40,837 bases of DNA from Candidatus Sulfobium sp. (lineage in GTDB: Bacteria; Nitrospirota; Thermodesulfovibrionia; Thermodesulfovibrionales; UBA6898). Positions within the stretch are counted from its first letter, which is position 1. Every line of letters begins with the position of its first letter. The stretch covers positions 23,506 to 64,342 of the forward strand of contig JARRRI010000044.1 in assembly GCA_037380845.1 (NCBI GenBank), written 5' to 3'. This document shows, piece after piece, positions 9,374-20,116 of the stretch. Below the pieces are notes generated by a model, which ran no database searches, had not been told where the DNA came from, and was given only the letters and a program-made list of their open reading frames with translations. The position numbers were made by a program, and so were the translations under genes.

Positions 9374-11708
9374 TCATCCGACCACAATATTAACGAGCCT
9401 TCCCCGTACCACGATCACCTTCCTGATCTGCTTTTGCCCTACGAATTCCATTGTTTTGGCGTCATTGAGGGCGATCTTCTTTATCTCCTCGTCGGGCGTA
9501 CCGGCCTGGATCATGAGCTTTCCCCGCAACTTGCCGTTGACCTGTATTACCAGCTCCACCTGTTCCTCTCTGGCAAGGTCCTCGTCCCAGGCAGGCCATT
9601 CCCGCTCGGAGACCGAGGGTTCATTGCCGACGGCAGCCCAGAGTTCTTCAGCTATGTGCGGCGTGAAGGGAGAGAGAAGCAGCAAGGCCGTTTCGACCGT
9701 GAACTTGAAAGCCCGGAGGTCTTTGTCCCCGGCCGGTCCGTATCCCGTCATCTCATTTACCAGTTCCATCAATGCGGCGATAGCGGTATTGAAATGATAT
9801 TCGCGTTCGATGTCGAAGGTCACCTTCTTTATCGTCCGGTGGGTCTTTCTCAGCAGGCTTCCCGCGGGCCCTGAGACGTCTTTGAGGTCCCTTTCGGACG
9901 GTTGCCGGGAATCGACGCTTCTCAGGGCTGAAAGGTTCTTATGAACGATGCCCCATATCCTGCCGAGAAAACGGGAGGCCCCCTCGACTCGCCCCGTCCT
10001 TTATAACCATGCCCTGCGTCAGCAGGTTCATGAACGGCTCACCCGTTTCGATTATGCCCAGGTCTCTCATCACCAGGGTGAAGAACCTTGAATAGAGGAG
10101 GTGCAGGACGGCATGTTCGACACCGCCTATGTACTGGTCTACGGGCATCCAGTAATGCACCGGCGATTCCGTATTGCGGACCGCCCGGGGCAGATCGATT
10201 TTTGAATCATCGAAACAATAAGCCACAAAATACCACGAGGAATCAAAAAAGGTGTCCATAGTGTCCGTTTCCCGCCGGGCTGCGCCGCCGCAGGCCGGAC
10301 AGGACGTATTAATGAAAGAGGACGACTCCAGGAGAGGAGAGCCCCCCTTGCCGGTGACCCGGATGTCCTCCGGGAGCAGGACCGGCAGGTCCTCTTCAGG
10401 GACCGGTACGATGCCGCATTTGTTGCAGTAAACTACCGGGATGGGCGTGCCCCAGTACCTCTGTCTCGAAATTCCCCAGTCCCTCAATTTGTAGTTGACA
10501 ACCTTTGTACCCAGACCCTTCTGCTCTATGTAGTCGGCGATCTTTTCCCTGGCAGCATCACTGTTCAGGCCGGTAAAAGACCCTGAATTTACGAGGACCC
10601 CCTCGTCTTCGTATGCCGCCTCCAGGGGCAACCCTTGTGGCTGCCCGTCCTCTGAAATCACCGGCCTGATCTCAAGGCCGTATTTCGCGGCAAACTCAAA
10701 GTCCCGCTGGTCATGGGCGGGCACCGACATTATCGCCCCCGTTCCGTACTCCATCAGGACGAAATTCGCTATGTAGATCGGGATCTTTTCATCGTTCATG
10801 GGATTGACGCAGTAGCGGCCGGTGAAAAGCCCTATTTTTTCGTCTGCCTTGCCGTAATGGGAGGTGATATCTTCGAGGGCGGCCCCGTCGCTCACCAGTT
10901 TCTGCGCAAGCGGATGGGGCGGCGAGAGGCAAAGAAAGGTTGCGCCGAAGAGTGTATCGGGCCGGGTGGTGAATATCCTTATATTGTCGTCGGTTCCCTC
11001 CACCCTGAAGTCGACTTCCACCCCGTGGCTCTTTCCGATCCAGTTCTTCTGCATCAGGACCACCCTTTCGGGCCACCCCTTGAGTTCATCGCACCCTTTC
11101 AGGAGCTCCTCGGCATAGTGGGTTATCTTCAGAAACCACTGGAAGAGTTCCTTCTGCACCACGACACTGTCACACCTCCAGCACAGGGTATCTATAACCT
11201 GCTCGTTGGCGAGGACCGTTTCGCAGGAAGGACACCAGTTGACGTAGGACGATTTTCTGTAGGCCAGCCCCTGCTCGAACATTTTGACGAAAAACCACTG
11301 GTTCCAGCGGTAATATTCCGGGCTGCACGTGGTCACTTCCCTGTCCCAGTCATAGCTGAGTCCTAGTTTGTTCAGCTGACTTTTCATGTAACCGATGTTT
11401 TCATAGGTCCATTTGGAAGGGTGCACCGAGTGTTTGATCGCAGCGTTTTCGGCTGGAAGGCCGAAAGAGTCCCATCCCATGGGGTGCAGGACATTATAGC
11501 CCTGCATCTTCTTGTAGCGCGCGATGACATCGCCGATGGCGTAATTCCTTACATGGCCCATATGTATCTTTCCCGAGGGGTAGGGGAACATCTCAAGGCA
11601 GTAAAATTTTTTCAGGGAGGCGTCGGTCCGGGTCTTGTACAGGTTCTTTTCGGACCAGTACTTCTGCCATTTCGGTTCAACTTTCTTGGGGTCGTATCTT
11701 TCTTCCAA
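9374..11708 (-). pseudogene. leuS: leucine--tRNA ligase, interrupted at 9988/9989 by loss of the KMSKS segment plus frameshift (probably assembly)
   Basis: [30 protein letters not shown]; reads ...[22 protein letters not shown]... with the second part in frame with ORF 9374-9823 (VIQVNGKLRG). Confidence 0.9.
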
Positions 11709-11723
11709 GATAAATCCTCCGTA

Positions 11724-12017
11724 CAGTGTCAGTGACTGCTGTCAGTGTCAGAATAACACGACGATCTTAACAAACACGTCTTACTGATTATCTCTCCAGC
11801 GCAGAGTCTACTCAAAGGTAACTCTAGGTGAAGCTTTTTTCCGTCATGCCCGAGGCTGTAGCCGGGCATCTACTTTGTCTGAAAACCTGGATTCCCGATT
11901 ACTACCTCGGGAATGACGAACCTGCAATTCGAGTCCTTTGTGTGACTTGGGTTGATCACTAATCACTCACACTGATATTATCTTTCTTCTGACACTGATC
12001 ACTGGCACTGGCACTGG
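11724..12017. mobile_element. decayed type-B (CAGTGT/ACACTG) four-helix-bundle cassette with a 3'-gene relic
   Basis: 11741-11800 aligns by eye to 13252-13315 (arm plus 3' end of the intact IVP); ctgacactgatcactg is identical at 11989-12004 and 13640-13655; spans from the ccdA stop to the leuS RBS. Confidence 0.7.
11842..11918. repeat. REP/RPE-like double-hairpin element, copy 4
   Basis: cgtcatgcccgaggctgtagccgggcatcta ... tggattcccgattactacctcgggaatgacg. Confidence 0.9.
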
Positions 12018-12018
12018 T

Positions 12019-12741
12019 TCAGAACTTGACGCCGAGGTCGGGGAAGAGGGATGAGAGCACTCTCAGGTTGTTGGTGAGCAGCAATATCCCGAATGCTATC
12101 AGAAGGAGCCCGCTGATTGCCATGACGACTTTCATGTATTTGCGGATCTTCGCCGAGTAGCTGAGGAATGAATTGAAGGCCAGAGATGCCAGGAAAAAAG
12201 GTAAGGCAAGTCCGAGCGAATAGACGGCGAGCAGTCTGATGCCGTAGAATGCCGAGCCCTTGGAGCCTGCATAGACCAAAATCGTTCCCAGGATCGGTCC
12301 GATGCACGGGGTCCACGCAGCGGCAAAGGTCATGCCGACCAGGAACGATCCGACGTAGCCGGCCGGCTTACCGCTCATATGGAACTTCCTCTCCCTGGTG
12401 AGGAAGTCCAGTTTTATAATTCCTGAAATGAAGAGGCCGAAGATTATCACCAGAATGCCCCCGCCGATCCTTATCCACTCCTGATAACTGAAGAAGAACC
12501 TGCCCACTGCCGACGACGAGGCCCCCAGGGCAATGAAGACCGCTGAAAATCCGAATATGAAGGCGATCGAGTTCATCGCCGTGAGAAAACGTATCCTCTT
12601 CGATTCTGTTCCTTCTCTCAGGTCTTCGAAGGAGACGCCGGTTATGAACGAAACGTATGAGGGGACAAGGGGAAGCACACAGGGCGAAAGGAAGGACAGG
12701 ACCCCGGCCAGAAACGCAAGGGGGAAGGATACATCCTTCAT
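12019..12741 (-). CDS. ccdA: cytochrome c biogenesis protein CcdA
   Basis: AGVLSFLSPCVLPLVP and WTPCIGPIL motifs; multiple TM segments. Confidence 0.92.
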   Translation of the reverse strand: MKDVSFPLAFLAGVLSFLSPCVLPLVPSYVSFITGVSFEDLREGTESKRIRFLTAMNSIAFIFGFSAVFIALGASSSAVGRFFFSYQEWIRIGGGILVIIFGLFISGIIKLDFLTRERKFHMSGKPAGYVGSFLVGMTFAAAWTPCIGPILGTILVYAGSKGSAFYGIRLLAVYSLGLALPFFLASLAFNSFLSYSAKIRKYMKVVMAISGLLLIAFGILLLTNNLRVLSSLFPDLGVKF

Positions 12742-13235
12742 AACGGATTGTCCGGAGCGGCGCAGTCGGCTGAACCGCCCTTTATTTTTTCAACTGCGTG
12801 AGGGATCACTTCAAGCACTGCCTCCAGACCTTCCGTTATTGCCTTGGGGCTTCCCGGCAGGTTGATGATCAGCGAACGTCCCCTGACGCCCGCGACAGCG
12901 CGCGAGAGCATCGCCCGCCTTGTCTTCTTCAGGCCTTCAAGCCTCATGGCCTCGGCGATCCCGGGGACCTCGCGCTCTATTACCTCCGTCGTCGCTTCGG
13001 GCGTCACGTCCCGGGGAGAAAGTCCGGTGCCTCCGGTAGTGAAGATAATGTCCACGAGTTTACTGTAATGTATCAGCTTCTCTTTTATCAATCCCTTTTC
13101 GTCGGGGATAATCTCGTAATGAGTGACCTCTACGTCTATTTTTCTCACCATTTCCCGGATCGCAGGTCCGCTGAGGTCTTCCCGTTCGCCCCGGGAACCT
13201 TTATCGCTTATGGTAAGGACTGCGGCAGTGATCAT
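12738..13235 (-). CDS. mog: molybdopterin adenylyltransferase, MogA/MoaB family
   Basis: LTISDKG, TTGGTGLSPRDVTPEAT, LSRAVAG, INLPGSPKA. Confidence 0.9.
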   Translation of the reverse strand: MITAAVLTISDKGSRGEREDLSGPAIREMVRKIDVEVTHYEIIPDEKGLIKEKLIHYSKLVDIIFTTGGTGLSPRDVTPEATTEVIEREVPGIAEAMRLEGLKKTRRAMLSRAVAGVRGRSLIINLPGSPKAITEGLEAVLEVIPHAVEKIKGGSADCAAPDNPL

Positions 13236-13668
13236 AGTGTCAGTGTTTAGTGTCAGTGTCAGAATAAGACAACGACCTTATCAAACCGTTTAACATCTTA
13301 CTGATCTCTTCCAGCTCGCCGCTTAAAATACAATAGTCGTTTTCAGACAGATACCCCAAATCTCTCGCAAGCAAGAGGTGATATTTCATTTCTCCCGCCG
13401 AGCCCTTCGAGATACCGGCGAACTGACGAAATTCTTTTGTGCTTAATCTGTGACTGCCTTCCATTAAATTTGTTGCAATAGAAGAGGAAGCCCGCCTCAT
13501 CTGAGACGTAAGACCGAATTTTTCTGATTGAGGAAATAAATCGGTCATTTTATAGATCTGTAAAGTCAGGCTGTGACTCCTCTTGAACACTTCCATTTCT
13601 TCTATGCTGCTAACTTTTGTCATGGTTTTTATAGTGTTGCTGACACTGATCACTGACACTGATACTGA
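13226..13668. mobile_element. four-helix-bundle gene cassette bounded by inverted hexamer-repeat arms (type B)
   Basis: left cagtgatcatagtgtcagtgtttagtgtcagtgtcag (13226-13262); right ctgacactgatcactgacactgatactga (13640-13668); mobility is inferred. Confidence 0.65.
13240..13623 (-). CDS. four helix bundle protein (IVP/TIGR02436-like)
   Basis: MEVFKRSHSLTLQIYKMTDLFPQSEKFGLTSQMRRASSSIATNLMEG...ISKGSAGEMKYHLLLARDLGYL...MLNGLI; ATG 13623 chosen as start. Confidence 0.9.
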   Translation of the reverse strand: MTKVSSIEEMEVFKRSHSLTLQIYKMTDLFPQSEKFGLTSQMRRASSSIATNLMEGSHRLSTKEFRQFAGISKGSAGEMKYHLLLARDLGYLSENDYCILSGELEEISKMLNGLIRSLSYSDTDTKH

Positions 13669-14092
13669 TTTTGTCTCCCGCCTTCACCACTCCGCCCCTC
13701 CGGACCTTTATGAAAATGCCCTCCTTCGGCATGACGCAATCGCCGGCCCGGTAGTAAATGGCGCACCTCGAATGGCATTCCTTGCCGATCTGGCTGACTT
13801 CGCCGATGACTTGATCGCCGATGGTCATAACGGTTCCAACAGCAAGAGATACGAGGTCCAGTCCGCGTGTGGTTATGTTTTCGGCAAAATCTCCGGGGGA
13901 CAAGTCAAGGCCCATATCCCGCATTTTCTCTATGCTTTCGATGGCCAGGAGGCTGACCTGCCTGTGCCATTCGGAAGAGGCGTGGGCATCCCCTTCAATC
14001 CCGTATCCTTCACGCAGGGTTACCGCTTCGACAGGCTTCTTCCTGACGCCTTTTCTGTCGCTTATATTAACGGAAACAACGGTTCCTGTCAT
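13610..14092 (-). CDS. MOSC-domain protein
   Basis: GIEGDAHA, HRQVSLLA, GDFAENITT, QIGKECHSRCAIY, GDCVMPKEGIF; C-terminus runs through the repeat arm. Confidence 0.9.
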   Translation of the reverse strand: MTGTVVSVNISDRKGVRKKPVEAVTLREGYGIEGDAHASSEWHRQVSLLAIESIEKMRDMGLDLSPGDFAENITTRGLDLVSLAVGTVMTIGDQVIGEVSQIGKECHSRCAIYYRAGDCVMPKEGIFIKVRRGGVVKAGDKISISVSDQCQQHYKNHDKS

Positions 14093-14139
14093 TGGATAGC
14101 TGAGGTGCAACTATAGACAAAGCTGCCCTGCCTTCCAGC

Positions 14140-14163
14140 GTAGGGGCGGCATAAATCCCTCCC
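14140..14163. repeat. possible single GTAG-type REP half-site
   Basis: gtaggggcggcataaatccctccc: GTAG tetranucleotide followed by an imperfect hairpin. Confidence 0.35.
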
Positions 14164-14193
14164 AGGGGAAACTCTCAACAAAATCATCTTCCG

Positions 14194-14307
14194 CTCATTC
14201 CCGGGGTGGCAATCGGGAATCCTTTATCTTTGAACACAAACACCTGGATTCTTGCCCCTGGTCGCCTCCGGCGCCGCCAAAGGCGGGTAAACCGCGCCGG
14301 AATGACG
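14194..14307. repeat. REP/RPE-like double-hairpin element, copy 5 (expanded right arm)
   Basis: ctcattcccggggtggcaatcgggaatcc ... tggattc[GC-rich insert]ccggaatgacg. Confidence 0.8.
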
Positions 14308-14343
14308 ACTCACAACCCTGAACATATGTAAAGAGGCATTACC

Positions 14344-15624
<1,281 letters not shown>

Positions 15625-16776
15625 TTACAGTCCTGCTTCCCTTCTCAGTGCAGACGCTTTGTCCGTCTTTTCCCATGTGAAGTCCGGATCATTCTTTCCG
15701 AAGTGCCCGTATGCGGCAGTTTTACGGAAGATGGGGCGTCTGAGGTTAAGGCTGTCGATAATCCCCTTGGGCGTCAGGTCGAAGTTCTTTCTTATGAGGG
15801 GAACGATCTTTTCCTCTTCTATCTTCCCTGTCCCGAAGGTATCGACAAGGATCGAGACGGGTTCGGGAACCCCGATTGCGTAAGCAAGCTGGACCTCCGC
15901 CCTTTCCGCGATGCCGGAGGCAACGACGTTCTTGGCGATATATCTCGAAATGTAAGCACCCGAGCGGTCGACTTTTGTGGGGTCCTTCCCCGAGAAGCAG
16001 CCTCCCCCGTGGCTTCCCACCCCGCCGTAGCTGTCCACAATTATCTTTCTTCCTGTAAGGCCGGTGTCGCCCATCGGACCGCCCACGACAAAACGTCCCG
16101 TGGGATTGATGTAATATTTGATGGCCTCTGCATCCAGAAGCTCGGGCGGCAGGACGGGGTTTACAACCTTCTCGATTATGTCTTCCTTGAGGTCTTTGAG
16201 ATGGACATCAGGGCTGTGCTGCGAGGATACGACAACCGTATCTATCCTGAGGGGTTTTCCGTCCCGGTATTCGATGGTCACCTGCGACTTGCCGTCAGGC
16301 CTCAGATAGGGCAGAATCTCCTGCTTCCTGGTCTCGGACAGACGCATGGAAATCTTGTGGGCCAGCATGATCGGCAGAGGCATCAGTTCCTCTGTCTCGT
16401 TGCACGCGAATCCGAACATCAATCCCTGGTCTCCCGCTCCCCCGGTGTCGACACCCATAGCTATGTCCGACGACTGCTGATCGATCGAGGTGATGACCGA
16501 ACAGGTCTCGTAGTCGAAGCCGTATTTGGCGCGGGTATACCCTATGTCTCTGATCGTCTGTCTTACGACGTCGGGTATGTGTACATAGCAGGTGGTGGAA
16601 ATCTCTCCGGAAACAAAGGCGAGACCTGTCGTTACCAAAGTTTCACAGGCGACTCTCGCCGTAGGGTCCTGTCCGATTATGGCATCCAGAATGGCATCTG
16701 ATATCTGGTCGGCGATCTTGTCGGGATGGCCTTCAGTGACCGACTCAGACGTGAAAAAGTAGTCCTTTTTTGCCAT
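15625..16776 (-). CDS. metK: S-adenosylmethionine synthetase
   Basis: [43 protein letters not shown]. Confidence 0.97.
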   Translation of the reverse strand: MAKKDYFFTSESVTEGHPDKIADQISDAILDAIIGQDPTARVACETLVTTGLAFVSGEISTTCYVHIPDVVRQTIRDIGYTRAKYGFDYETCSVITSIDQQSSDIAMGVDTGGAGDQGLMFGFACNETEELMPLPIMLAHKISMRLSETRKQEILPYLRPDGKSQVTIEYRDGKPLRIDTVVVSSQHSPDVHLKDLKEDIIEKVVNPVLPPELLDAEAIKYYINPTGRFVVGGPMGDTGLTGRKIIVDSYGGVGSHGGGCFSGKDPTKVDRSGAYISRYIAKNVVASGIAERAEVQLAYAIGVPEPVSILVDTFGTGKIEEEKIVPLIRKNFDLTPKGIIDSLNLRRPIFRKTAAYGHFGKNDPDFTWEKTDKASALRREAGL

Positions 16777-16820
16777 AGGTTATTCTCCTTTCTTATAAAC
16801 TAAGTTAATAGTGTAACTTT

Positions 16821-17243
16821 TTTGACTTCAAAAAAATCCTCGTCGCACATGACGGCTCCAAACCGTCTGAAAAGGCCATGAAAAAGGCGTTCGAGATCGC
16901 AGGGAAGTTCGGTTCGTCGGTGACCGTTGTCTCTGTCATACCGGAATTTTATCTTACGGAACTCATGGAGACTGACAGGACGCGCATCGTAAAAACACTT
17001 GCCGACGAAGGGAAAAAAATGCTGGCACAGATCAAGAACAGGCATAAGGGAGAGTACCGTCTGAAGACCGTTCTGAAGCAGGGTAACCCTGCCGAAGTGG
17101 TTATCGAGGAGGCCCGCAAGATGAAGGCGACCCTGATCATCACCGGCTCCCACGGACGCCACGGCGCGCAGAAATTCCTGCTGGGCAGCGTTTCCTCAAA
17201 AATCGTAGACCACGCCGACTGTTCCGTTCTGGTTGTGAAATAG
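16821..17243 (+). CDS. universal stress protein (in-frame start codon missing before DFKKILVAHDGS)
   Basis: in frame upstream of ATG 16878: FDFKKILVAHDGSKPSEKAM; C-terminal GSHGRHG...LLGSVSSKIV. Confidence 0.85.
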   Translation, partial: FDFKKILVAHDGSKPSEKAMKKAFEIAGKFGSSVTVVSVIPEFYLTELMETDRTRIVKTLADEGKKMLAQIKNRHKGEYRLKTVLKQGNPAEVVIEEARKMKATLIITGSHGRHGAQKFLLGSVSSKIVDHADCSVLVVK

Positions 17244-17362
17244 AAAAAAGACATTTCTTGCCGCGGTCAAGCGCAGAAAAGGACGGACAAAAACTGATTC
17301 CAGAGGTCTACCCGCTGGAAATTTTGTCTGTACCCTCCAATTGCTCCGAAGATGCCTATAGG

Positions 17363-17437
17363 CGTCATTCCCGAGGCAGTAGTCGGGAATCCATTCTTAG
17401 CAGGAGAAATTGGATACCCGCCTTCGCAGGTATGACG
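17363..17437. repeat. REP/RPE-like double-hairpin element, copy 6
   Basis: cgtcattcccgaggcagtagtcgggaatcca ... tggatacccgccttcgcaggtatgacg. Confidence 0.9.
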
Positions 17438-17564
17438 ACCACGGCTATTTTCGTCCTCCTTCGTGCCGACGGTCGGCATGAGGGTCATTCCGAAAACCTC
17501 CCCTCACCTGGCAGGTTCAGTCCGTGTCCCTCAACGGTTAATTTGAAGCTTGGCCTCTTCCGTA

Positions 17565-17597
17565 TTACTTCTGCATTCCGCGATCCGACTTGTGACT
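17565..17597 (-). repeat. orphan type-A heptamer arm just 3' of the NDUFA9-like stop
   Basis: ttacttctgcattc (17565-17578) is identical to 6187-6200. Confidence 0.6.
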
Positions 17598-18485
17598 TTA
17601 CTTGTTGATGAACTCCCGCAGGGCCTCTTCGAATTTCACCGGCTTGAACCCGAAATTTTTTTCGACGGCGTCGATGTCGCAGATATTGTCCATTTCGAGC
17701 AGCCTCAGTTGGTCGGTTGTTACCGGGGGCGAAGGGAGGATATTTTCCAGAAGGCTCGCCGAAAACTTCATGAGTCCCATCGGTATGCTCATGGTTGTTT
17801 TTTTCCGGCCGAGGGCCTCGGACATTATTTCCAGCATCCTGCTGTAAGTGAGCTGCTCGGGACCCCCGATTTCATAAGTTGAAAGATATTTTTGCGGGGC
17901 GTCAATCACGGCGCCGATGCATCTTACCCAGTCCTTGACATAGAGCGGCTGAAATTTTGCACTCCCCTTCCCCGGGATGGGGAGGACGGGCGCGAGTTTG
18001 ATCATGTCGACCACCTTACTGGTGAAACCGTCCCAGGGGCCTATTATCAGCGACGGCCTGAAAACAGTAGAAGCCAGGCCGCTTTTTTTGACTATGTCTT
18101 CCGCCTCCGCCTTGGTTTTCAGATAAGCAGACCATGAGTTTTTGTCGGCACCCAGGGCCGACTGATAGAAGAAATGTCCGGCGCCTGCGCGCTTCGCCTC
18201 ATCGACGAGGTTCGAAGTTCCCTCGACGTGGACGCTACGGAATGTCGACCTTCCCTTTTCTTCGATTATCCCTACGAGGTGGATTACCACGTCGCCGGAG
18301 CCAAGGACCCCTTTGAGTGTATCAGGCTCTCTTATGTCACCGGTGACTGTTTCGATCCCCATGGCTGTGAGGCGTTCTTTTGCTTTCCCGGAACGGACCA
18401 GGCATTTCAGCCGGTGGCCCTTTGCCGAAAGATCGTCGATAAGGTGGCTGCCTATGAAACCCGTTGCTCCCGCTATAAATATCAT
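17598..18485 (-). CDS. NAD-dependent epimerase/SDR, complex I NDUFA9-like family
   Basis: GATGFIGS, IHLVGII, SALGAD, YLKTK, FRPSLIIG, FQPLYVKD. Confidence 0.88.
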   Translation of the reverse strand: MIFIAGATGFIGSHLIDDLSAKGHRLKCLVRSGKAKERLTAMGIETVTGDIREPDTLKGVLGSGDVVIHLVGIIEEKGRSTFRSVHVEGTSNLVDEAKRAGAGHFFYQSALGADKNSWSAYLKTKAEAEDIVKKSGLASTVFRPSLIIGPWDGFTSKVVDMIKLAPVLPIPGKGSAKFQPLYVKDWVRCIGAVIDAPQKYLSTYEIGGPEQLTYSRMLEIMSEALGRKKTTMSIPMGLMKFSASLLENILPSPPVTTDQLRLLEMDNICDIDAVEKNFGFKPVKFEEALREFINK

Positions 18486-18566
18486 GATGTCCCCTCCCTT
18501 TGTTCATTACCGGTTTTCAGAGATATGTTATGTTTTGTCGCCCTTCACAACTGAAGACCTGATGTC

Positions 18567-18650
18567 GTCATGCCCGGTGTACTAATCGGAAATCCATTGT
18601 TCCAGAGAACAACCTGAGAACAACTGGATTCCCGCCTCCGCCGGAATGAC
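18567..18650. repeat. REP/RPE-like double-hairpin element, copy 7
   Basis: gtcatgcccggtgtactaatcggaaatcca ... tggattcccgcctccgccggaatgac. Confidence 0.85.
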
Positions 18651-18692
18651 AATCAAAGACGCTCGAACATACTTCAGAACGGCCTCGACGCT

Positions 18693-19277
18693 CTACCTTG
18701 TCAGTTTCAAAAACTTCCCGTAAGACGCCTCTTCGATCTCCTTGTGCATATTGTTGCCGTGGGCGTCCATGGTAACTATCGCCGGAAAATCTTTTACCTC
18801 AAAAAGCCACATCGCTTCGGTCGGTCCGAACTCCTCAAGTTTCCAGGCGCCCTGCGTCCGGGCGATGCGGTCGGCAAGAAAAGCTGCGGCGCCGCCAATC
18901 GTATGGAAATATACGCAGGAATGTTCCCGGAGCGCTCGCAAGGTGCGGTCACCCATGCCGCCTTTCCCCATAATCCCCGCAAGACCGTATGCCCTGATGA
19001 TTTCGGGCGTAAACATCTCAACCCGCATGCTTGTTGTGGGTCCGGCGGCCACGGCCAGGAATTCGCTGTCGGTTTTCTTCATGACCGGTCCGCAGTGGTA
19101 GATAACGGCACCGGAGAGATCAAAAGGGATGTCCTCACCAGGGGGCCTTTTTTCGAAGAGGTACCTGTGAATCCTGTCTCTCCCGGTTATCACGCGTCCG
19201 GTGATCGATACGATATCCCCTGTTTTCAGGCCGCTTACATCCTCTCTCGACAGGGGAAGAGAAAGGGCTTTCACCAT
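18693..19277 (-). CDS. Fe-S hydro-lyase (class I fumarate hydratase/tartrate dehydratase) beta subunit
   Basis: TGRDRIH, YHCGP, AGPTTSMR, GKGGMG, VTMDAHGN. Confidence 0.9.
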   Translation of the reverse strand: MVKALSLPLSREDVSGLKTGDIVSITGRVITGRDRIHRYLFEKRPPGEDIPFDLSGAVIYHCGPVMKKTDSEFLAVAAGPTTSMRVEMFTPEIIRAYGLAGIMGKGGMGDRTLRALREHSCVYFHTIGGAAAFLADRIARTQGAWKLEEFGPTEAMWLFEVKDFPAIVTMDAHGNNMHKEIEEASYGKFLKLTR

Positions 19278-20116
19278 ATCAGCCTGCCGCGCCTGGTTGC
19301 CCAGCAGCCAACCGACACGTCAATAAAGTAGGATGCAGGATGACGGTGGTTGACGCCTATCTTCACACCCAGCGCCGTAGTTGCTCCCCCGAGTCCCTGG
19401 GGACCTATGCCAAGTTCGTTTAACTCCTTCAGCGATCTCTCCTCAAGTGCGGCCAGTTCGTCCATCCCATTTCTGTCATTGAGTTTTCTCATGAGCTGTT
19501 TTTTTGCAAGTGCCGTGACCTGATCCTTTGCAGCGCCGATGCCGACCCCTACGATGTAAGGCGGACAACCCTTGCCCTGGGCCTTCTGCACGGCGTCGAG
19601 CAGACACTTCCGGACACCGTCGAGATTCCGTTGTGCGTTCAGGTCCTCGACGGGCAATTTGTACATCTGCCCTACATTTTCACAGCCCCCGCCTTTCAGC
19701 ATGAGGTCTATGACGAGAGCATTGCCGGCCGTCTCTTCAAGATAAATGATCGGAAAACCCGCCCCGGTGTTATCCCCGGAATTCTCGTCGGTGAGCACAT
19801 CGACTGCGTTCGGCCTCAAAGGGACCTTTACTGTGGCGATTCGAGTGGCCTCGATGATTGTTTCCCTCAGGTCGGCCTGGCTCAGACCCACCGGCACCTT
19901 CACGTAAAAGACCGGCACCCCCGTGTCCTGACATACCGGCCTTACCGTCTCGCGCGACAATTTGATGTTTTCCAGCATGACAGTAAGGCAGGAGACGGCA
20001 GCCGAACCTTCCTTTTCCCGCGACAGGGCGGCCTTCAGCCCCTCTTCTACATCGGGAGGCAGGGAGGTGGCAACTTTTCTGTAAAGTTCGACGACACCGT
20101 CACGAAGTTTCAGCAA
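19271..20116 (-). CDS. Fe-S hydro-lyase (class I fumarate hydratase) alpha subunit
   Basis: PVCQDTG, LRPN, KGGGCEN, GCPP, GIGPQGLGG, HPAS, CWATR. Confidence 0.92.
   Translation of the reverse strand: MLKLRDGVVELYRKVATSLPPDVEEGLKAALSREKEGSAAVSCLTVMLENIKLSRETVRPVCQDTGVPVFYVKVPVGLSQADLRETIIEATRIATVKVPLRPNAVDVLTDENSGDNTGAGFPIIYLEETAGNALVIDLMLKGGGCENVGQMYKLPVEDLNAQRNLDGVRKCLLDAVQKAQGKGCPPYIVGVGIGAAKDQVTALAKKQLMRKLNDRNGMDELAALEERSLKELNELGIGPQGLGGATTALGVKIGVNHRHPASYFIDVSVGCWATRRGRLIW

Noticed and set aside
9374..11708. Naturally split (alpha/beta) LeuRS as in Aquifex
   Set aside because: A genuine split keeps KMSKS; here it is absent and the second part has no start at the junction
14093..14343. 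Moco/Wco riboswitch upstream of MOSC-mog
   Set aside because: The structure here is explained by REP-like repeats; no recognisable riboswitch consensus
16777..16830. SAM riboswitch upstream of metK-ahcY
   Set aside because: Only about 45 AT-rich nt are present and no SAM-I/SAH motif is visible; the region may also be truncated
17258..17608. Small ORFs over REP elements (also 5934-6167, 9055-9249, 22817-23206)
   Set aside because: Their peptides (WIPAFAGMT, VIPE, RHSRGSSRES) are translations of the repeat itself
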